A stretch of DNA of 64,000 bases, taken from the NCBI GenBank assembly GCA_963720755.1, contig CAVRGP010000002.1, positions 405,858-469,857 of the forward strand, written 5' to 3'. Each line of letters begins with the position of its first letter. Position 1 is the stretch's first letter. The notes below the pieces were generated by a model. It ran no database searches, had not been told where the DNA came from, and worked only from the letters and a program-made list of their open reading frames with translations. Origin of the DNA: an uncultured Chloroflexia bacterium (lineage in GTDB: Bacteria; Chloroflexota; Limnocylindria; Limnocylindrales; CSP1-4). The position numbers were made by a program, and so were the translations under genes. Shown here piece after piece: positions 30,446-41,412 of the stretch.

Positions 30446-32962
30446 ATGTTCGAACGGTTTACCGACAGAGCGCGACGTGTGGTTGTCCTGGCGCAAGAAG
30501 AGGCCAGGATGCTCAACCACAATTACATCGGCACGGAGCACATCCTGCTCGGCCTCATTCATGAGGGCGAGGGTGTCGCGGCCAAGGCGCTGGAATCCCT
30601 TGGCATCGCGCTGGAGGGTGTCCGCGCCCAGGTCGAGGAGATCATCGGTCAGGGACAGCAGTCCCCGTCCGGGCACATCCCCTTCACCCCCCGGGCGAAG
30701 AAGGTGCTGGAGCTGAGCCTGCGCGAGGCGCTGCAGCTCGGCCACAACTACATCGGGACCGAGCACATCCTGCTCGGCCTCATCCGCGAGGGCGAAGGCG
30801 TTGCTGCTCAGGTGCTCGTCAAGCTCGGCGCCGACCTCAACCGGGTGCGCCAGCAGGTCCTGCAGCTGCTGTCCGGCTACCAGGGCAAGGAGACCGCCGC
30901 CGCTGAAGGTGGCCGCTCCGAGGGCACCCCGTCGACCTCGCTGGTGCTCGACCAGTTCGGGCGCAACCTCACCCAGTCGGCCCGCGAGGGCAAGCTGGAC
31001 CCGGTCATCGGCCGGGAGAAGGAGATCGAGCGGGTGATGCAGGTGCTCTCCCGCCGTACCAAGAACAACCCGGTGCTGATCGGCGAGCCCGGCGTCGGCA
31101 AGACCGCGGTCGTCGAGGGCCTGGCCCAGGCGATCATCCGCGGCGATGTCCCGCAGACCCTGAAGGACAAGCACCTCTATACCCTCGACCTCGGCAGCCT
31201 CGTCGCCGGGTCCCGGTACCGCGGTGACTTCGAAGAGCGGCTGAAGAAGGTGCTCAAGGAGATCCGCACCCGCGGCGACATCATCATGTTCATCGACGAG
31301 ATCCACACCCTGGTGGGTGCCGGTGCCGCCGAGGGCGCGATCGACGCCGCGTCCATCCTCAAGCCGATGCTGGCCCGTGGCGAGCTGCAGACCATCGGTG
31401 CCACGACGCTGGACGAGTACCGCAAGTACGTGGAGAAGGACGCCGCGCTCGAGCGCCGTTTCCAGCCGATCCAGGTCGGTGAGCCGACGGTGGCGCACAC
31501 CATCGAGATCCTCAAGGGGCTGCGCGACCGGTACGAGGCGCATCACCGGATCACCATCACCGACGACGCACTGGTCTCAGCGGCGACCCTCGCCGACCGG
31601 TACATCAGCGACCGTTTCCTGCCGGACAAGGCGATCGACCTGATCGACGAGGCCGGTGCCCGGATGCGCATCCGCCGGATGACGGCGCCGCCGGACCTGC
31701 GGGACTTCGACGAGAAACTCGCCGGTGTCCGTCGGGACAAGGAATCGGCCATCGACTCGCAGGACTTCGAGAAGGCCGCCGCCCTCCGTGATTCGGAGAA
31801 GCAGCTGCTGGCCCGCAAGTCCGAGCGCGAGAAGGCCTGGAAAGACGGCGACCTGGACGTCATCAGCGAGGTCGATGACGAGCAGATCGCCGAGGTGCTG
31901 GCGAACTGGACGGGTATCCCGGTCTTCAAGCTGACCGAAGAGGAAACCACCCGGCTGCTGAAGATGGAAGATGAGCTGCACAAGCGGATCATCGGCCAGA
32001 ACCAGGCGGTCAAGGCGGTATCGCAGGCGATCCGGCGGACCAGGGCCGGTCTGAAGGATCCGAAGCGGCCGTCCGGGTCGTTCATCTTCGCCGGTCCCTC
32101 GGGCGTCGGGAAGACCGAGCTGACGAAGGCGCTCGCCGAGTTCCTGTTCGGTGACGAGGACGCGCTCATCCAGATCGACATGGGCGAGTTCCACGACCGG
32201 TACACCGCCTCGCGGCTGTTCGGTGCCCCTCCCGGGTACGTCGGCTACGAAGAGGGTGGGCAGCTCACCGAGAAGGTGCGCCGCAAGCCGTTCTCCGTGG
32301 TGCTGTTCGACGAGATCGAGAAGGCGCACCAGGACATCTACAACACACTGCTGCAGGTGCTGGAAGATGGCCGGCTCACCGACGGTCAGGGTCGCACGGT
32401 GGACTTCAAGAACACGGTCATCGTGTTCACGTCCAACCTCGGCACCCAGGACATCTCCAAGGCGGTCGGCATGGGCTTTGCCCAGGGCACCGACTCGGAG
32501 TCGAACTACGACCGGATGAAGCAGAAGGTCAACGACGAGCTCAAGCGGCACTTCCGGCCTGAGTTCCTCAACCGGATCGATGACGTGGTGGTCTTCCACC
32601 AGCTCACCACCGTCGAGATCCACCAGATGGTCGACCTGATGCTCAAGCGTGTCGAAGGCGCGCTGAAGAACAAGGACATGACCATGGAGGTCACCGAGGC
32701 CGCGAAGACGCTGCTCGGCGAGCGCGGGTTCGACCCGGTGCTCGGCGCGCGGCCGCTGCGTCGGACCATCCAGCGGGAGATCGAGGACAAGCTCTCCGAG
32801 AAGATCCTCTTCGACGAGGTTCGCCCGGGGCAGATCATCCTGGTCGACGTCACCGGCGAGGGGAAGGACCAGGAGTTCACCTTCCGCGGCGAAGCCCGTC
32901 CGTCGGCGGTTCCCGAGGTCGTCCCGGTCGGTCTCGCGACCGACGCCGGCGAGGCGGTCTGA
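30446..32962 (+). CDS. clpC1: ATP-dependent Clp protease ATP-binding subunit ClpC1
   Basis: [21 protein letters not shown]; Walker A GEPGVGKT and GPSGVGKT; GAPPGYVGY; TAAGGAG RBS. Confidence 0.98.
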   Translation: MFERFTDRARRVVVLAQEEARMLNHNYIGTEHILLGLIHEGEGVAAKALESLGIALEGVRAQVEEIIGQGQQSPSGHIPFTPRAKKVLELSLREALQLGHNYIGTEHILLGLIREGEGVAAQVLVKLGADLNRVRQQVLQLLSGYQGKETAAAEGGRSEGTPSTSLVLDQFGRNLTQSAREGKLDPVIGREKEIERVMQVLSRRTKNNPVLIGEPGVGKTAVVEGLAQAIIRGDVPQTLKDKHLYTLDLGSLVAGSRYRGDFEERLKKVLKEIRTRGDIIMFIDEIHTLVGAGAAEGAIDAASILKPMLARGELQTIGATTLDEYRKYVEKDAALERRFQPIQVGEPTVAHTIEILKGLRDRYEAHHRITITDDALVSAATLADRYISDRFLPDKAIDLIDEAGARMRIRRMTAPPDLRDFDEKLAGVRRDKESAIDSQDFEKAAALRDSEKQLLARKSEREKAWKDGDLDVISEVDDEQIAEVLANWTGIPVFKLTEEETTRLLKMEDELHKRIIGQNQAVKAVSQAIRRTRAGLKDPKRPSGSFIFAGPSGVGKTELTKALAEFLFGDEDALIQIDMGEFHDRYTASRLFGAPPGYVGYEEGGQLTEKVRRKPFSVVLFDEIEKAHQDIYNTLLQVLEDGRLTDGQGRTVDFKNTVIVFTSNLGTQDISKAVGMGFAQGTDSESNYDRMKQKVNDELKRHFRPEFLNRIDDVVVFHQLTTVEIHQMVDLMLKRVEGALKNKDMTMEVTEAAKTLLGERGFDPVLGARPLRRTIQREIEDKLSEKILFDEVRPGQIILVDVTGEGKDQEFTFRGEARPSAVPEVVPVGLATDAGEAV

Positions 32963-33008
32963 TCCAACCGCTGACGTCGGCTTCAGGCTGACGCAGCAGT
33001 AGCCCGGC

Positions 33009-33051
33009 ACTCTGGCCCGCCCCCGAACCTGGGGGCGGGCCAGAGTCGTTT
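33009..33051 (+). terminator. Intrinsic terminator after clpC1
   Basis: ACTCTGGCCCGCCCCC-gaacct-GGGGGCGGGCCAGAGT (16-bp stem) then CGTTT. Confidence 0.85.
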
Positions 33052-33249
33052 CGGCGTACCGCGACCGGCGGGGCAGTGCCAGCCGAGGCGCCCGCTGCCG
33101 GGGCTCCCGCTGGACAGGGCTCTGCTGGCCCGGGTCTGACCGTTGCGTCTGCCGGTGGTTGATCAACGATTCCGGCCCTGACGTGTTGCACACAGCAACA
33201 GGACAGCGCCCGAGACAGTGATGGTGGGGGTGGGGGATGCCGGGTTCCC

Positions 33250-34128
33250 TCAGGCAGGCAGCCCCACGTGATCGGGGCCGATCCGGACGGCCAGGCCGTC
33301 GGCGAGCAGCGACGCCACGCACCGGTCGACCTGGTCCGGGTCCGATCCCGTTGCCGTGAAGGCGATTTCCGGCAGCGGCAGGTTGCTGTCCCGCAGCGCG
33401 CTCAGGATCCGCCCCCGCACTTGCCGATCTGTGCCGTGCCAGGCCTGGACGGCGCGCCTGGCCTCACCGGGTGGCGAGCCGGCGAGCCGCCACCGGCACC
33501 GATCGGCCAGCGGGCACGACTCGCAGGCGGGGGAGCGGGCCGAGCAGACCAGCGCGCCGAGTTCCATCACCGCGGCCGAGAATCGCGCCGCACGAGCCGG
33601 TTCGACCGGCAGCAGGGCCGCCATTTCGGCCCGGTCGGCCGCGGTGGCCGGTTCTCGCGGCTCGTCACGCCCGCGCACGACCCGGCAGAGCACCCGGCGC
33701 ACGTTGGTGTCGATGACCGGGGTGCGCGCGCCGAAGGCGAAGGCCGCCACTGCGCGTGCCGTGTACTCACCGATGCCGGGCAGCCGCATCAGGTCCTCGA
33801 TGCTGCTGGGTACGATCCCTGCATGATCGGCGGTGATCGCGGTTGCCGCCGCGTGCAGGCGCATCGCCCGTCGCGGGTAGCCGAGCCTGCCCCAGGCCCG
33901 GATCGCTGCTCCGGCGGTGTCGGCAGCCAGGTCCGCCGGCGTCGGCCAACGGGTCAGCCACTCCCGGTACACCGGCAGCACCCGTACCACCGGGGTTTGC
34001 TGGAGCATCACCTCGCTGACCATGACCGCCCACGGTGATGCCGAGGGGTCACGCCAGGGCAGGTCCCGGCCGCGGGCGTCGAAGAAGGAGATCAGCAGGT
34101 CGGCGTCCAGCGGTGACGCCGACGGCAC
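33250..34128 (-). CDS. mutY: A/G-specific adenine glycosylase
   Basis: RDLPWR, VSEVMLQQT, WGRLGYPRRA, LPGIGEYTA, DTNVRR, Fe-S motif C-x6-C-x2-C-x5-C. Confidence 0.95.
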   Translation of the reverse strand: MPSASPLDADLLISFFDARGRDLPWRDPSASPWAVMVSEVMLQQTPVVRVLPVYREWLTRWPTPADLAADTAGAAIRAWGRLGYPRRAMRLHAAATAITADHAGIVPSSIEDLMRLPGIGEYTARAVAAFAFGARTPVIDTNVRRVLCRVVRGRDEPREPATAADRAEMAALLPVEPARAARFSAAVMELGALVCSARSPACESCPLADRCRWRLAGSPPGEARRAVQAWHGTDRQVRGRILSALRDSNLPLPEIAFTATGSDPDQVDRCVASLLADGLAVRIGPDHVGLPA

Positions 34129-34181
34129 GTCAGACCGCGTGCCGGGCCCGACCAATTCCACGCCCGCCGGGCGTCGTGGTC

Positions 34182-34790
34182 TCAATGCCCGCCGGGTCCT
34201 GCGGAGTCGGCGGTTTCCGCAGCCGCGGGAGATGCGGCGCCCGCATCATCCGGTGCCGGGGTCGCGACCGGCTCCAGTTGGCCGGTCGGATTCTCGCCGT
34301 CGACGAAAACCTCCTCCAGCAGGCCGGTATTCACGTCGAAGATGAATCCGCGGACCGCATCGTGGTGCAGCAGGAATCGGGAATCCCTGATGCGGCGCAA
34401 CGACTCCCGGACCGAATCATGTGGATCTTTGAAGGCCTGCACCGACCAGGTGGGCCGGTAACCGGCGAACGTCGCCAGATGCGCGCGGAAGGTGTCCTCC
34501 TCCAAACGTGCCAGGCCGCAATCGGTGTGGTGGATGATCATGATCTCGCGGGTGCCGAGGGCGTGTTGCGAGATCGACAGCGAGCGAATGACGTCGTCGG
34601 TCACCACGCCGCCGGCGTTGCGCAGCAGGTGCACCTCGCCGAGGTTGAGTCGGAACGCACCGTGACCGTCGATCCGGGCATCCATACACATCAGCAGCGC
34701 GATCTTCAGGGTTGGTAGCGGCCCCATGCCGACCGGGTGGTACTCGGCGTTCGCCAGATTGCGGGCTAGTAGTTCGTCGATGGCCGTCAC
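34182..34790 (-). CDS. Beta-class carbonic anhydrase
   Basis: CMDARID, RNAGG, HHTDCG zinc ligands. Confidence 0.93.
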   Translation of the reverse strand: MTAIDELLARNLANAEYHPVGMGPLPTLKIALLMCMDARIDGHGAFRLNLGEVHLLRNAGGVVTDDVIRSLSISQHALGTREIMIIHHTDCGLARLEEDTFRAHLATFAGYRPTWSVQAFKDPHDSVRESLRRIRDSRFLLHHDAVRGFIFDVNTGLLEEVFVDGENPTGQLEPVATPAPDDAGAASPAAAETADSAGPGGH

Positions 34791-34852
34791 ACTGCACTCC
34801 TCGGCGTTGCTCCCGGGAAAGGCAACGACCCGAGACTACCGTCGCACGCGTG

Positions 34853-35743
34853 ATGCACCCCGTGGGCCCGCTGAATTCGAAGGTGTACTGGGTGCGCCGG
34901 GTGGCGATCGTCGTGGTCGCCGTTGCACTGCTGATCGGACTGGTGTGGTTCCTGGCGAATCGCTCGTCCGGTTCGTCCACGGCGGCGAGTGTGTCCTCCA
35001 CATCGGCGAACGCGCCGGCCGCGCCCACCCTCACCGGCGTGCTCGCGGCGTCCAGTGGCGCCACTCGGTCCACTGCTGCCTCGGCGAGCCCCTCACCGAC
35101 CAGCGGTTCCCCGGTGTCCCAGTCACCCGTGGTCTCAGATTCTGCAGCCGCGCCGACGGACCCCGCCGCAGTCAGCGCCCCGCCGGCCGGCTCGTCCGCC
35201 GCCCCGCCGCCCACCGTGCCGGCGACCGATCCGGCCGCCGCGCCGCCGGTGGACACGACGGCGGCCGCGCCGCCGGTGGATCCCGCTACCGTCCCGCCCG
35301 CGGAGTCGACCCCCGCGCCGCCCCCACCGTCCTACGACGTAGACGGCAAACTTCTCTGCCCGGACAGTGCCATCGTGATCACCGCCATCACCACGGCCCC
35401 GAGCTTCCCCTCCGGTGGGCAACCCACCCTGGGGATGACGGTGACCAACAGCGGCACCGAGGCCTGCAAGCGGGACGTCTCCGGCACCCTGCAGACCTTC
35501 ACCGTGCTCGGCGCCGACGGCAGCCGGAAGTGGTCCACCGCTGATTGCTTCCCGGGCGAGGGAACAGAGGTTCGGGAGCTTGCGCCCGGCCAGGAGCTGA
35601 AGTACACGATCAAGTGGTCCGGCACGTCCTCCGAGCCGGGGTGCGCCGGCGACCGGGCGGCCGTGCCGCCGGGCGACTATCTGCTGGTCGCCGAGCTGGG
35701 TGCGCTCTCCAGTGCGCCGGCGCCGTTCGCCATCACCGGCTGA
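34853..35743 (+). CDS. Membrane-anchored protein (Rv3587c-like)
   Basis: MHPVGPL..KVYWVRR, one TM, Ser/Ala/Pro linker, C-domain C.RD, WST.DC, W.GTSS.PGC; syntenic with disA. Confidence 0.85.
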   Translation: MHPVGPLNSKVYWVRRVAIVVVAVALLIGLVWFLANRSSGSSTAASVSSTSANAPAAPTLTGVLAASSGATRSTAASASPSPTSGSPVSQSPVVSDSAAAPTDPAAVSAPPAGSSAAPPPTVPATDPAAAPPVDTTAAAPPVDPATVPPAESTPAPPPPSYDVDGKLLCPDSAIVITAITTAPSFPSGGQPTLGMTVTNSGTEACKRDVSGTLQTFTVLGADGSRKWSTADCFPGEGTEVRELAPGQELKYTIKWSGTSSEPGCAGDRAAVPPGDYLLVAELGALSSAPAPFAITG

Positions 35744-35748
35744 TCGAG

Positions 35749-35944
35749 CGCCGATCATCTTCCCGCTGCGCGGGCGAAGTTGGCCGAATTGGGACTGGTG
35801 GGACGCTTGTCGACGATTTGAGCCGCGCCGGCGAAGATGATCGGCGCGGGCCGGGGCCAACTGAGCCGGGCCGGTGAGGATGATCGGCGCGGGCCGGGGC
35901 CAAACCGAGCCGCGCCGGTGAAGATGATCGGCGCGAGGCGGGGC
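35749..35944. repeat. Three 43-44-bp tandem repeats plus one inverted core copy (REP-like)
   Basis: GAGCCG(C/G)GCCGG(C/T)GA(A/G)GATGATCGGCGCG..GGGGC units at 35820, 35863, 35907; CGCCGATCATCTTC at 35749-35762 is the reverse complement of the core. Confidence 0.85.
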
Positions 35945-37040
35945 TACAGCGCGGCGCCGTAGCGATCGACGATGGAGGATTCGGCCAGCCGGGACAGGCC
36001 CTCCCGGACGACCCTGGCCCTTGCTTCGCCGACGCCCTCGACCGCCTGCAGGTCGGCGGCGGTCGCGGCGAGCAGGCCCTGCAGGTTGCCGAAGTGCTGA
36101 ATCAACCGGTCCAGGACCGCCGGCGGTACCCGCGGAATGCCGGCCAGCAGTCGGTGACCGCGGGGGCTGACGCCGGCGTCCAGCGCATCACCGTAGGTGG
36201 ACAGACCGAGCACCCGGGCGACGGCCGTGAGGTCCAGCAGAGTGACCTCGTCGAGATCGTCCAGTGCCGCGACGATCTCGTCGACCTGGTCCGGGCCCTG
36301 CTCGGGTGGCAGATAGTCGCGGATCAGCAGTTCCTGTAGACCCTGTGTACCGCTGAGCATTTCATCCAACTGCAGGCCGAGCAGACGCCCGTCGGTGCCC
36401 AATTCGACGACGTTGCTGGTGAGCTCGTCGGCGATCCGGCGGACCATCAGCAGGCGCTGCAGCACGGTCATCGCGTCCCGCAGGGTGGCAAAGTCTTCGA
36501 TCTCCAACGCCGACAGCGCCCTGGCGACCTCGTCCAGCCGGAACTTGTATCGCTGCAGCGTCGCCAGCGCCTGGTTGGCCCGACTCAGGATGGTGGGGGG
36601 ATCGGCGACCACATGCCGGCGCCCCCGAAATACAGGTTGATGATCGACATCGAGTGGCTGACCGCGATCACCGGGTGCCCGGTCTGCAGCCCGGTCCGTT
36701 CCGCGGTGCGGTGCCGGGTACCGGATTCAACGGTCGGGATGGTGGAGTCGGGTGTCAGCTGCACATTCGCTCGCAGGATCCGGGTGGCGTCGCCGTTCAG
36801 CACCACGGCGCCGTCCATCTTGCACAGCTCCCGGAGCCGGGTGGAGGAAAATTCCACGTCCAGCCGGAAGCCGCCGTCGCACAGTTCCTCGACGGCATCA
36901 TCGAAACCCAGCACGATCAGCGCACCCGTCCGGCCCCGCAGGATCCGTTCCAGACCATCACGCAGCGGGGTGCCCGGCGCCACCCTGGCCAGCACAGCGC
37001 GATGGGCTGCGACGCTCATCCGATCTTCCACCCCAACCAT
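35944..37040 (-). CDS. disA: DNA integrity scanning diadenylate cyclase DisA (frameshift near 36620)
   Basis: [36 protein letters not shown]; second frame [20 protein letters not shown], Hh[11 protein letters not shown]. Confidence 0.95.
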
Positions 37041-37256
37041 CCCCTCACCGCACTACCCGGTGAGCTTAATGGTCGGAACGGGACCCGTTGGGGCAACGAC
37101 TGGGTCGATTTTGTGCCTGGTGACCACCAGAGGTGCCAACCCCTCCCCGGACGGTGACGAGTCGGTTCGCTGCGAACCGCGACCATGGACCCGGCACCGG
37201 GTCACCCGACGGCTGCGAGCGCTTCGCCGACACCACAAAACCGGCCGTCCGCCGGG

Positions 37257-38690
37257 TCAGACGCCGCGACGCCGGAGCCACTGGACGACACCGTCGTCGT
37301 TGCCCAGCGACCGGAAGGCGTCCCCCAGGTTGGCGGCCTCGTCGACCCGCATACCGGCCGGCCGGTCTGCACCGGAGCCCGGCGGCACGATGGCGTGGTC
37401 GAAACCCAACCGCGCCGCCTCGGCGAGCCGCCGCGGGACTCCGCCGACCGGGCGAACGTCGGCGGCCAGGCCCAGTTCACCGATCACCACCAGCCCGGGA
37501 GCCAGCGGGATGTCGCGGGCCGACGACCAGATCGCCAGCGCCAGTGGCAGATCCGCAGCGGGCTCGATCATCCGGGCGCCGCCGACGGTCGCCGCGAGGA
37601 CGTCCTTGCCGGACAACGCAACCCCGCCCCAGCGTTGCAGAACGGCGATCACCATGGACGCCCGCGCCGAATCCAGCCCGGAGACGGTGCGTCGGCTGAC
37701 CTCGGCACCGGGGGTGACCAGGGCCTGCAATTCGGCCGGCAACGGGCGGCGGCCCTGCATGGTGACGGTCGCGCAGGTGCCGGGGACCTTGGCTGTCCGG
37801 TGGCTCAGGAACAACCCGGAGGGGTCCGCGAGACCGACGATGCCGTCCGGCACCATCTGGAAGCACCCGACCTCGTCCGCCGGCCCGTAGCGGTTCTTCA
37901 CGCCGCGGATGGTGCGCAGGGTGGAATGCCGATCGCCCTCGAACTGCAGGACGACGTCGACCAGGTGCTCGAGCACCCGTGGGCCGGCGATCGCACCGTC
38001 CTTGGTGACGTGCCCGACGAGTACGCAGGCCATGTTCCGCTCTTTCGCGGCGGCCGACAGTCCGGCCGCGACGGCCCTGACCTGGCTGACGCCGCCGGCG
38101 GTACCTTCCACCTCGCCGGAGGAGATGGTCTGCACCGAGTCGATGATGAGCAGCTTGGGCTGGACCTGATCGATGTGGCTCAGCACCGCCGCCAGGTCGC
38201 TCTCGGCCGCCAGGTAGATCTCCGGATGCAGGGCATCCATCCGGTCGGCGCGAAGACGTACCTGGGCGGCGGACTCCTCGCCGCTGACGATCAACACCGG
38301 TCCCTGACCGCGGGCGGCCCACTCCTTTGCCGTCCGGAGCAGCAGGGTGGATTTGCCGACCCCGGGCTCACCGGCCAGCAGGACCACCGCGCCTGGGGTG
38401 AGACCGCCGCCGAGGACCCGGTCGAGCTCACCGACGCCACTGGGCTGCGGTTGGACCTGATCGGCCGGGACCATGTCGATCCGCAGGGCCGCCGTGGTGA
38501 CCGGACCAGGCGTCAGCCGGCGGATCATCACGGCCGCCGGGCCGGACTCGACCAGCGTGCCCCAGGCCTGGCACTCCGGGCAGCGGCCCTGCCACTTGAC
38601 GGCCTCGAGCCCACACTCGGTGCAGCGGTAGGACGCCCGGGCCGCCGGCTTGGGGGTCTTCGACGCACGATCCGATGCGGTTGATCTCAT
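37257..38690 (-). CDS. radA: DNA repair protein RadA/Sms
   Basis: Zn finger CTECG...CPEC, GEPGVGKS, KNRYG, Lon-like C-domain. Confidence 0.97.
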   Translation of the reverse strand: MRSTASDRASKTPKPAARASYRCTECGLEAVKWQGRCPECQAWGTLVESGPAAVMIRRLTPGPVTTAALRIDMVPADQVQPQPSGVGELDRVLGGGLTPGAVVLLAGEPGVGKSTLLLRTAKEWAARGQGPVLIVSGEESAAQVRLRADRMDALHPEIYLAAESDLAAVLSHIDQVQPKLLIIDSVQTISSGEVEGTAGGVSQVRAVAAGLSAAAKERNMACVLVGHVTKDGAIAGPRVLEHLVDVVLQFEGDRHSTLRTIRGVKNRYGPADEVGCFQMVPDGIVGLADPSGLFLSHRTAKVPGTCATVTMQGRRPLPAELQALVTPGAEVSRRTVSGLDSARASMVIAVLQRWGGVALSGKDVLAATVGGARMIEPAADLPLALAIWSSARDIPLAPGLVVIGELGLAADVRPVGGVPRRLAEAARLGFDHAIVPPGSGADRPAGMRVDEAANLGDAFRSLGNDDGVVQWLRRRGV

Positions 38691-38697
38691 GACGCGA

Positions 38698-38719
38698 ACC
38701 CTAGACGCAGGGTCCGACA
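38698..38719 (-). promoter_or_regulatory. PafBC-dependent (RecA-NDp) DNA-damage promoter of radA
   Basis: Minus strand TGTCGG-N10-TAGGGT, 7 nt before the ATG (leaderless geometry); matches TGTCGG-N10-TAnnnT. Confidence 0.8.
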
Positions 38720-38771
38720 GGCGTGCGGATCCGGGCGTTGACCGGCCGAGGGGCGAGACCGGTACCGTGCG

Positions 38772-39362
38772 TCAGCCTTCGCTGCCGCCCTCGGAATGTG
38801 CGCCTTCCTCCCAGATGGGAGTGGGGTGCGGCGGCAGGATCTCGATCGTTTCCCGGTCGGTGGACCGCTCGGCCGGCACCTCGATCGGCACGTTGAGGTC
38901 GATGGTGCCCGCGTTCGCGAACGAGAACGTCATCGGGATGGACACTCCGTAGTATTGGTCCTGCAGGAACCCGGTGACCATCACCTCGATGCCGTCCTCG
39001 GAGGCGAAGTCGGTCAGGGTCTGTCCGGGAACGGACGAGTCGCCGGTGATCTTCACCGACTCGGCGGCGCTGGTGGTGATGCCGCTGAGGGTGTCGGCCT
39101 GCAGTCCGTCGTTGGACACCCACAACAGCAGCCGGGCGTCCGAACCGGCGGGGTAGTCCTCGCCCTTTGTCGGAGCCAGTCGGGCGTTGAGGATCGCGAT
39201 GTCGCCGATCGTGCCGTTCGCGCCGTCGATGGCGGCCACCTGGTCGGCGGTCTGCGAGTTCTGGCCGGCGGCGCAACCGCTCAGGGCCAGGGACGCCGCT
39301 GCGACCAGGGCCAGGGCGGTCGGTGCGAACACGCGGCGCGGGGCGCGGGCGGTGCGGAACAC
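38772..39362 (-). CDS. LpqE-like lipoprotein
   Basis: Lipobox LSGC followed by AAGQNSQTADQVAAIDG; TFSFANAG; between radA and carD. Confidence 0.85.
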   Translation of the reverse strand: MFRTARAPRRVFAPTALALVAAASLALSGCAAGQNSQTADQVAAIDGANGTIGDIAILNARLAPTKGEDYPAGSDARLLLWVSNDGLQADTLSGITTSAAESVKITGDSSVPGQTLTDFASEDGIEVMVTGFLQDQYYGVSIPMTFSFANAGTIDLNVPIEVPAERSTDRETIEILPPHPTPIWEEGAHSEGGSEG

Positions 39363-39660
39363 GGCGGTTCCCCTCTGTTCTCAGATGCGGCCCGCCTGAC
39401 ATGCGGCGATGGTGCGGTGCGGGACGCAAGGATGCTGGTGGATCCAGGTTAGCTGCCGGGGGCGCAGCTCTGCTCGGCGGGCACGGCGTCGCCGGGCCGT
39501 CCGCCGATGGCGGGGACCCCACGGAGCCGCCACGGTCGCCCGGATGCACGGCCCCCCGCGATTTGTCAAGTACGCCCATAGGCCCTGACCTGCGACAACG
39601 GGTGAAGGGCGCGCCAATGTCGTGCTAAACTGGTCTGAGCGAAAGGGGTCTTGAACGCTC

Positions 39661-40143
39661 ATGGTTTTCAATGTTGGCGAAACCGTTGTCTACCCCCACC
39701 ACGGGGCAGCTCTGATCCAGGCTACCGAGACTCGCACTGTCAAAGGTGTCGAGAAGCTCTACCTGGTTCTGAAAGTTGCCCAGGGTGATCTCACTGTGAA
39801 GGTCCCAGCCGATAACGCCGAGATCGTCGGCGTTCGCGACGTCGTGGACCGAACCGGCCTGGATCACGTGTTCGAGGTCCTCCGGGCCCCGCACACCGAG
39901 GAACCCACGAACTGGTCACGCCGGTACAAGGCGAACCTGGAGAAGCTGGCGTCCGGCGATGTGAACAAGGTGGCCGAGGTCGTTCGTGACCTCTGGCGTC
40001 GCGACCGCGAGCGCGGGCTGTCCGCCGGCGAGAAGCGAATGCTCGCCAAGGCCCGGCAGATCCTGGTGTCCGAGTTGGCGCTGGCCGAGGGCACCAACGA
40101 GATCAAGGCCGAGGGAATCCTCGACGAGGTCCTGGCGTCCTGA
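39661..40143 (+). CDS. carD: CarD transcription factor
   Basis: [35 protein letters not shown]. Confidence 0.97.
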   Translation: MVFNVGETVVYPHHGAALIQATETRTVKGVEKLYLVLKVAQGDLTVKVPADNAEIVGVRDVVDRTGLDHVFEVLRAPHTEEPTNWSRRYKANLEKLASGDVNKVAEVVRDLWRRDRERGLSAGEKRMLAKARQILVSELALAEGTNEIKAEGILDEVLAS

Positions 40144-40194
40144 GCGGTCCGATCCGGACCATTCCCGACGCCGGCGCTCCGGTTACCCACTGAT

Positions 40195-40848
40195 GTGAGT
40201 GTGTACGCGCTGATCCCCGTCATCGGGTCTGGTCAGCGACCGGCCGGCGAGCCGGCAGCGCGGCACACCGTGGCCGACAGCACGATGCTCGAACACCGGA
40301 TCGCACGGTTGCTGGCGGCCGGCGTGGACCACCTCGTGGTGACGGCCCCGGCTGACCAGGTTGATGCCCTACGGACGTTGCTCGGCCCGGTGCCGACCGT
40401 CGTCGACGGTGGGATGGACCGGGCCGAAGCGATAACGGTCGCGCTGGCCGAGGTCGACGAGAACGCTGATGTGGTTCTCGTGCACCACGGGGAACATGCG
40501 GTCGCGCCCGACTCGCTGATCGCGGCCGTCATCGGGGCTGTGCGGGCGGGACACCCGGCGGTCGTGCCCGTGCTGGCGGTCGTCGACACCATCCGGACGG
40601 TCGCATCCGACGGATCGCTGACCGGCCTCCTGGACCGGGCCACGCTGCGTGTGGTGCAGACCCCTCATGGCTTCCGGCCGGAAGTCCTGCGCAGGGCCTA
40701 CCCGGCGGTCGCCACCGACGGGTGGACACCGGCCGGCGATGCAGAGCGGGTCGAGCAGCTCGGCATCCCCATCACCGTCGTGGCAGGCGACCGGCCGTCC
40801 ATCGTCACGGGGCCTCCCGACCGACCGGAACGGATCACCGACCCATGA
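40195..40848 (+). CDS. ispD: IspD-like cytidylyltransferase with degenerate active-site motifs
   Basis: Between carD and ispF; retains GG.DR, VVDTI, LR.VQTP.GF; lacks PK, HDAARP and KIT motifs. Confidence 0.75.
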   Translation: MSVYALIPVIGSGQRPAGEPAARHTVADSTMLEHRIARLLAAGVDHLVVTAPADQVDALRTLLGPVPTVVDGGMDRAEAITVALAEVDENADVVLVHHGEHAVAPDSLIAAVIGAVRAGHPAVVPVLAVVDTIRTVASDGSLTGLLDRATLRVVQTPHGFRPEVLRRAYPAVATDGWTPAGDAERVEQLGIPITVVAGDRPSIVTGPPDRPERITDP

Positions 40849-41339
40849 ACGCCCCCACCCCAGCCCTGCCGTTCCTCCGGATCGGCGCCGGCGTGGACGT
40901 GCATCCGATCGAACCGGGCCGGGAGTGCTGGGTGGCCGGACTCCTGTTCGCCGGCGTTGACGGCTGCGCCGGCCACTCCGATGGCGATGTCGCGGCGCAC
41001 GCGCTGTGCGATGCGCTGCTCGGGGCCGCCGGCCTCGGCGATCTCGGTGCGGTCTTCGGCACGTCTGATCCCCGCTGGGCCGCTGCCAGCGGAGTGACCC
41101 TGCTCGCTGAGGTCATGGTCCGTGTTCGCGCGGCCGGCTTCGCGGTGGTCAACGCCTCGGTGCAGATCGTTGCCAACACCCCGCGGCTGGCACCGCGCCG
41201 GGCGGAGGCCGAGCAGGTGCTGTCCGCGGTGGTGAGCGCCCCCGTTGCGGTCGCCGGGACCACCACCGACGGACTGGGATTGACCGGCCGCGGCGAGGGT
41301 CGCGCCGCCATCGCCACCGCCCTGCTGGCCGGGGTCTGA
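40845..41339 (+). CDS. ispF: 2-C-methyl-D-erythritol 2,4-cyclodiphosphate synthase
   Basis: [44 protein letters not shown]. Confidence 0.95.
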   Translation: MNAPTPALPFLRIGAGVDVHPIEPGRECWVAGLLFAGVDGCAGHSDGDVAAHALCDALLGAAGLGDLGAVFGTSDPRWAAASGVTLLAEVMVRVRAAGFAVVNASVQIVANTPRLAPRRAEAEQVLSAVVSAPVAVAGTTTDGLGLTGRGEGRAAIATALLAGV

Positions 41340-41412
41340 CACCGCCGGGTCGGGCATCGCAGGGGGCTCGGGTCAGGCGTCCGCCGCGCAGCACCGGTTG
41401 TTGACGCCCAAC

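Noticed and set aside
29831-33322. Long antisense ORFs (571 and 581 aa) opposite clpC1, and similar ones opposite DUF445, dacB, lysS and radA
   Set aside because: Expected shadow ORFs from high-GC codon bias; no motifs or RBS.
35820-35944. CRISPR array
   Set aside because: Units are contiguous with no unique spacers, and there are no cas genes.
36585-36640. Split or programmed-frameshift disA
   Set aside because: The break is near homopolymer runs (GGGGGG, CCCCC) and both halves are otherwise intact; similar single indels occur in other genes. Sequencing error is the simplest explanation.
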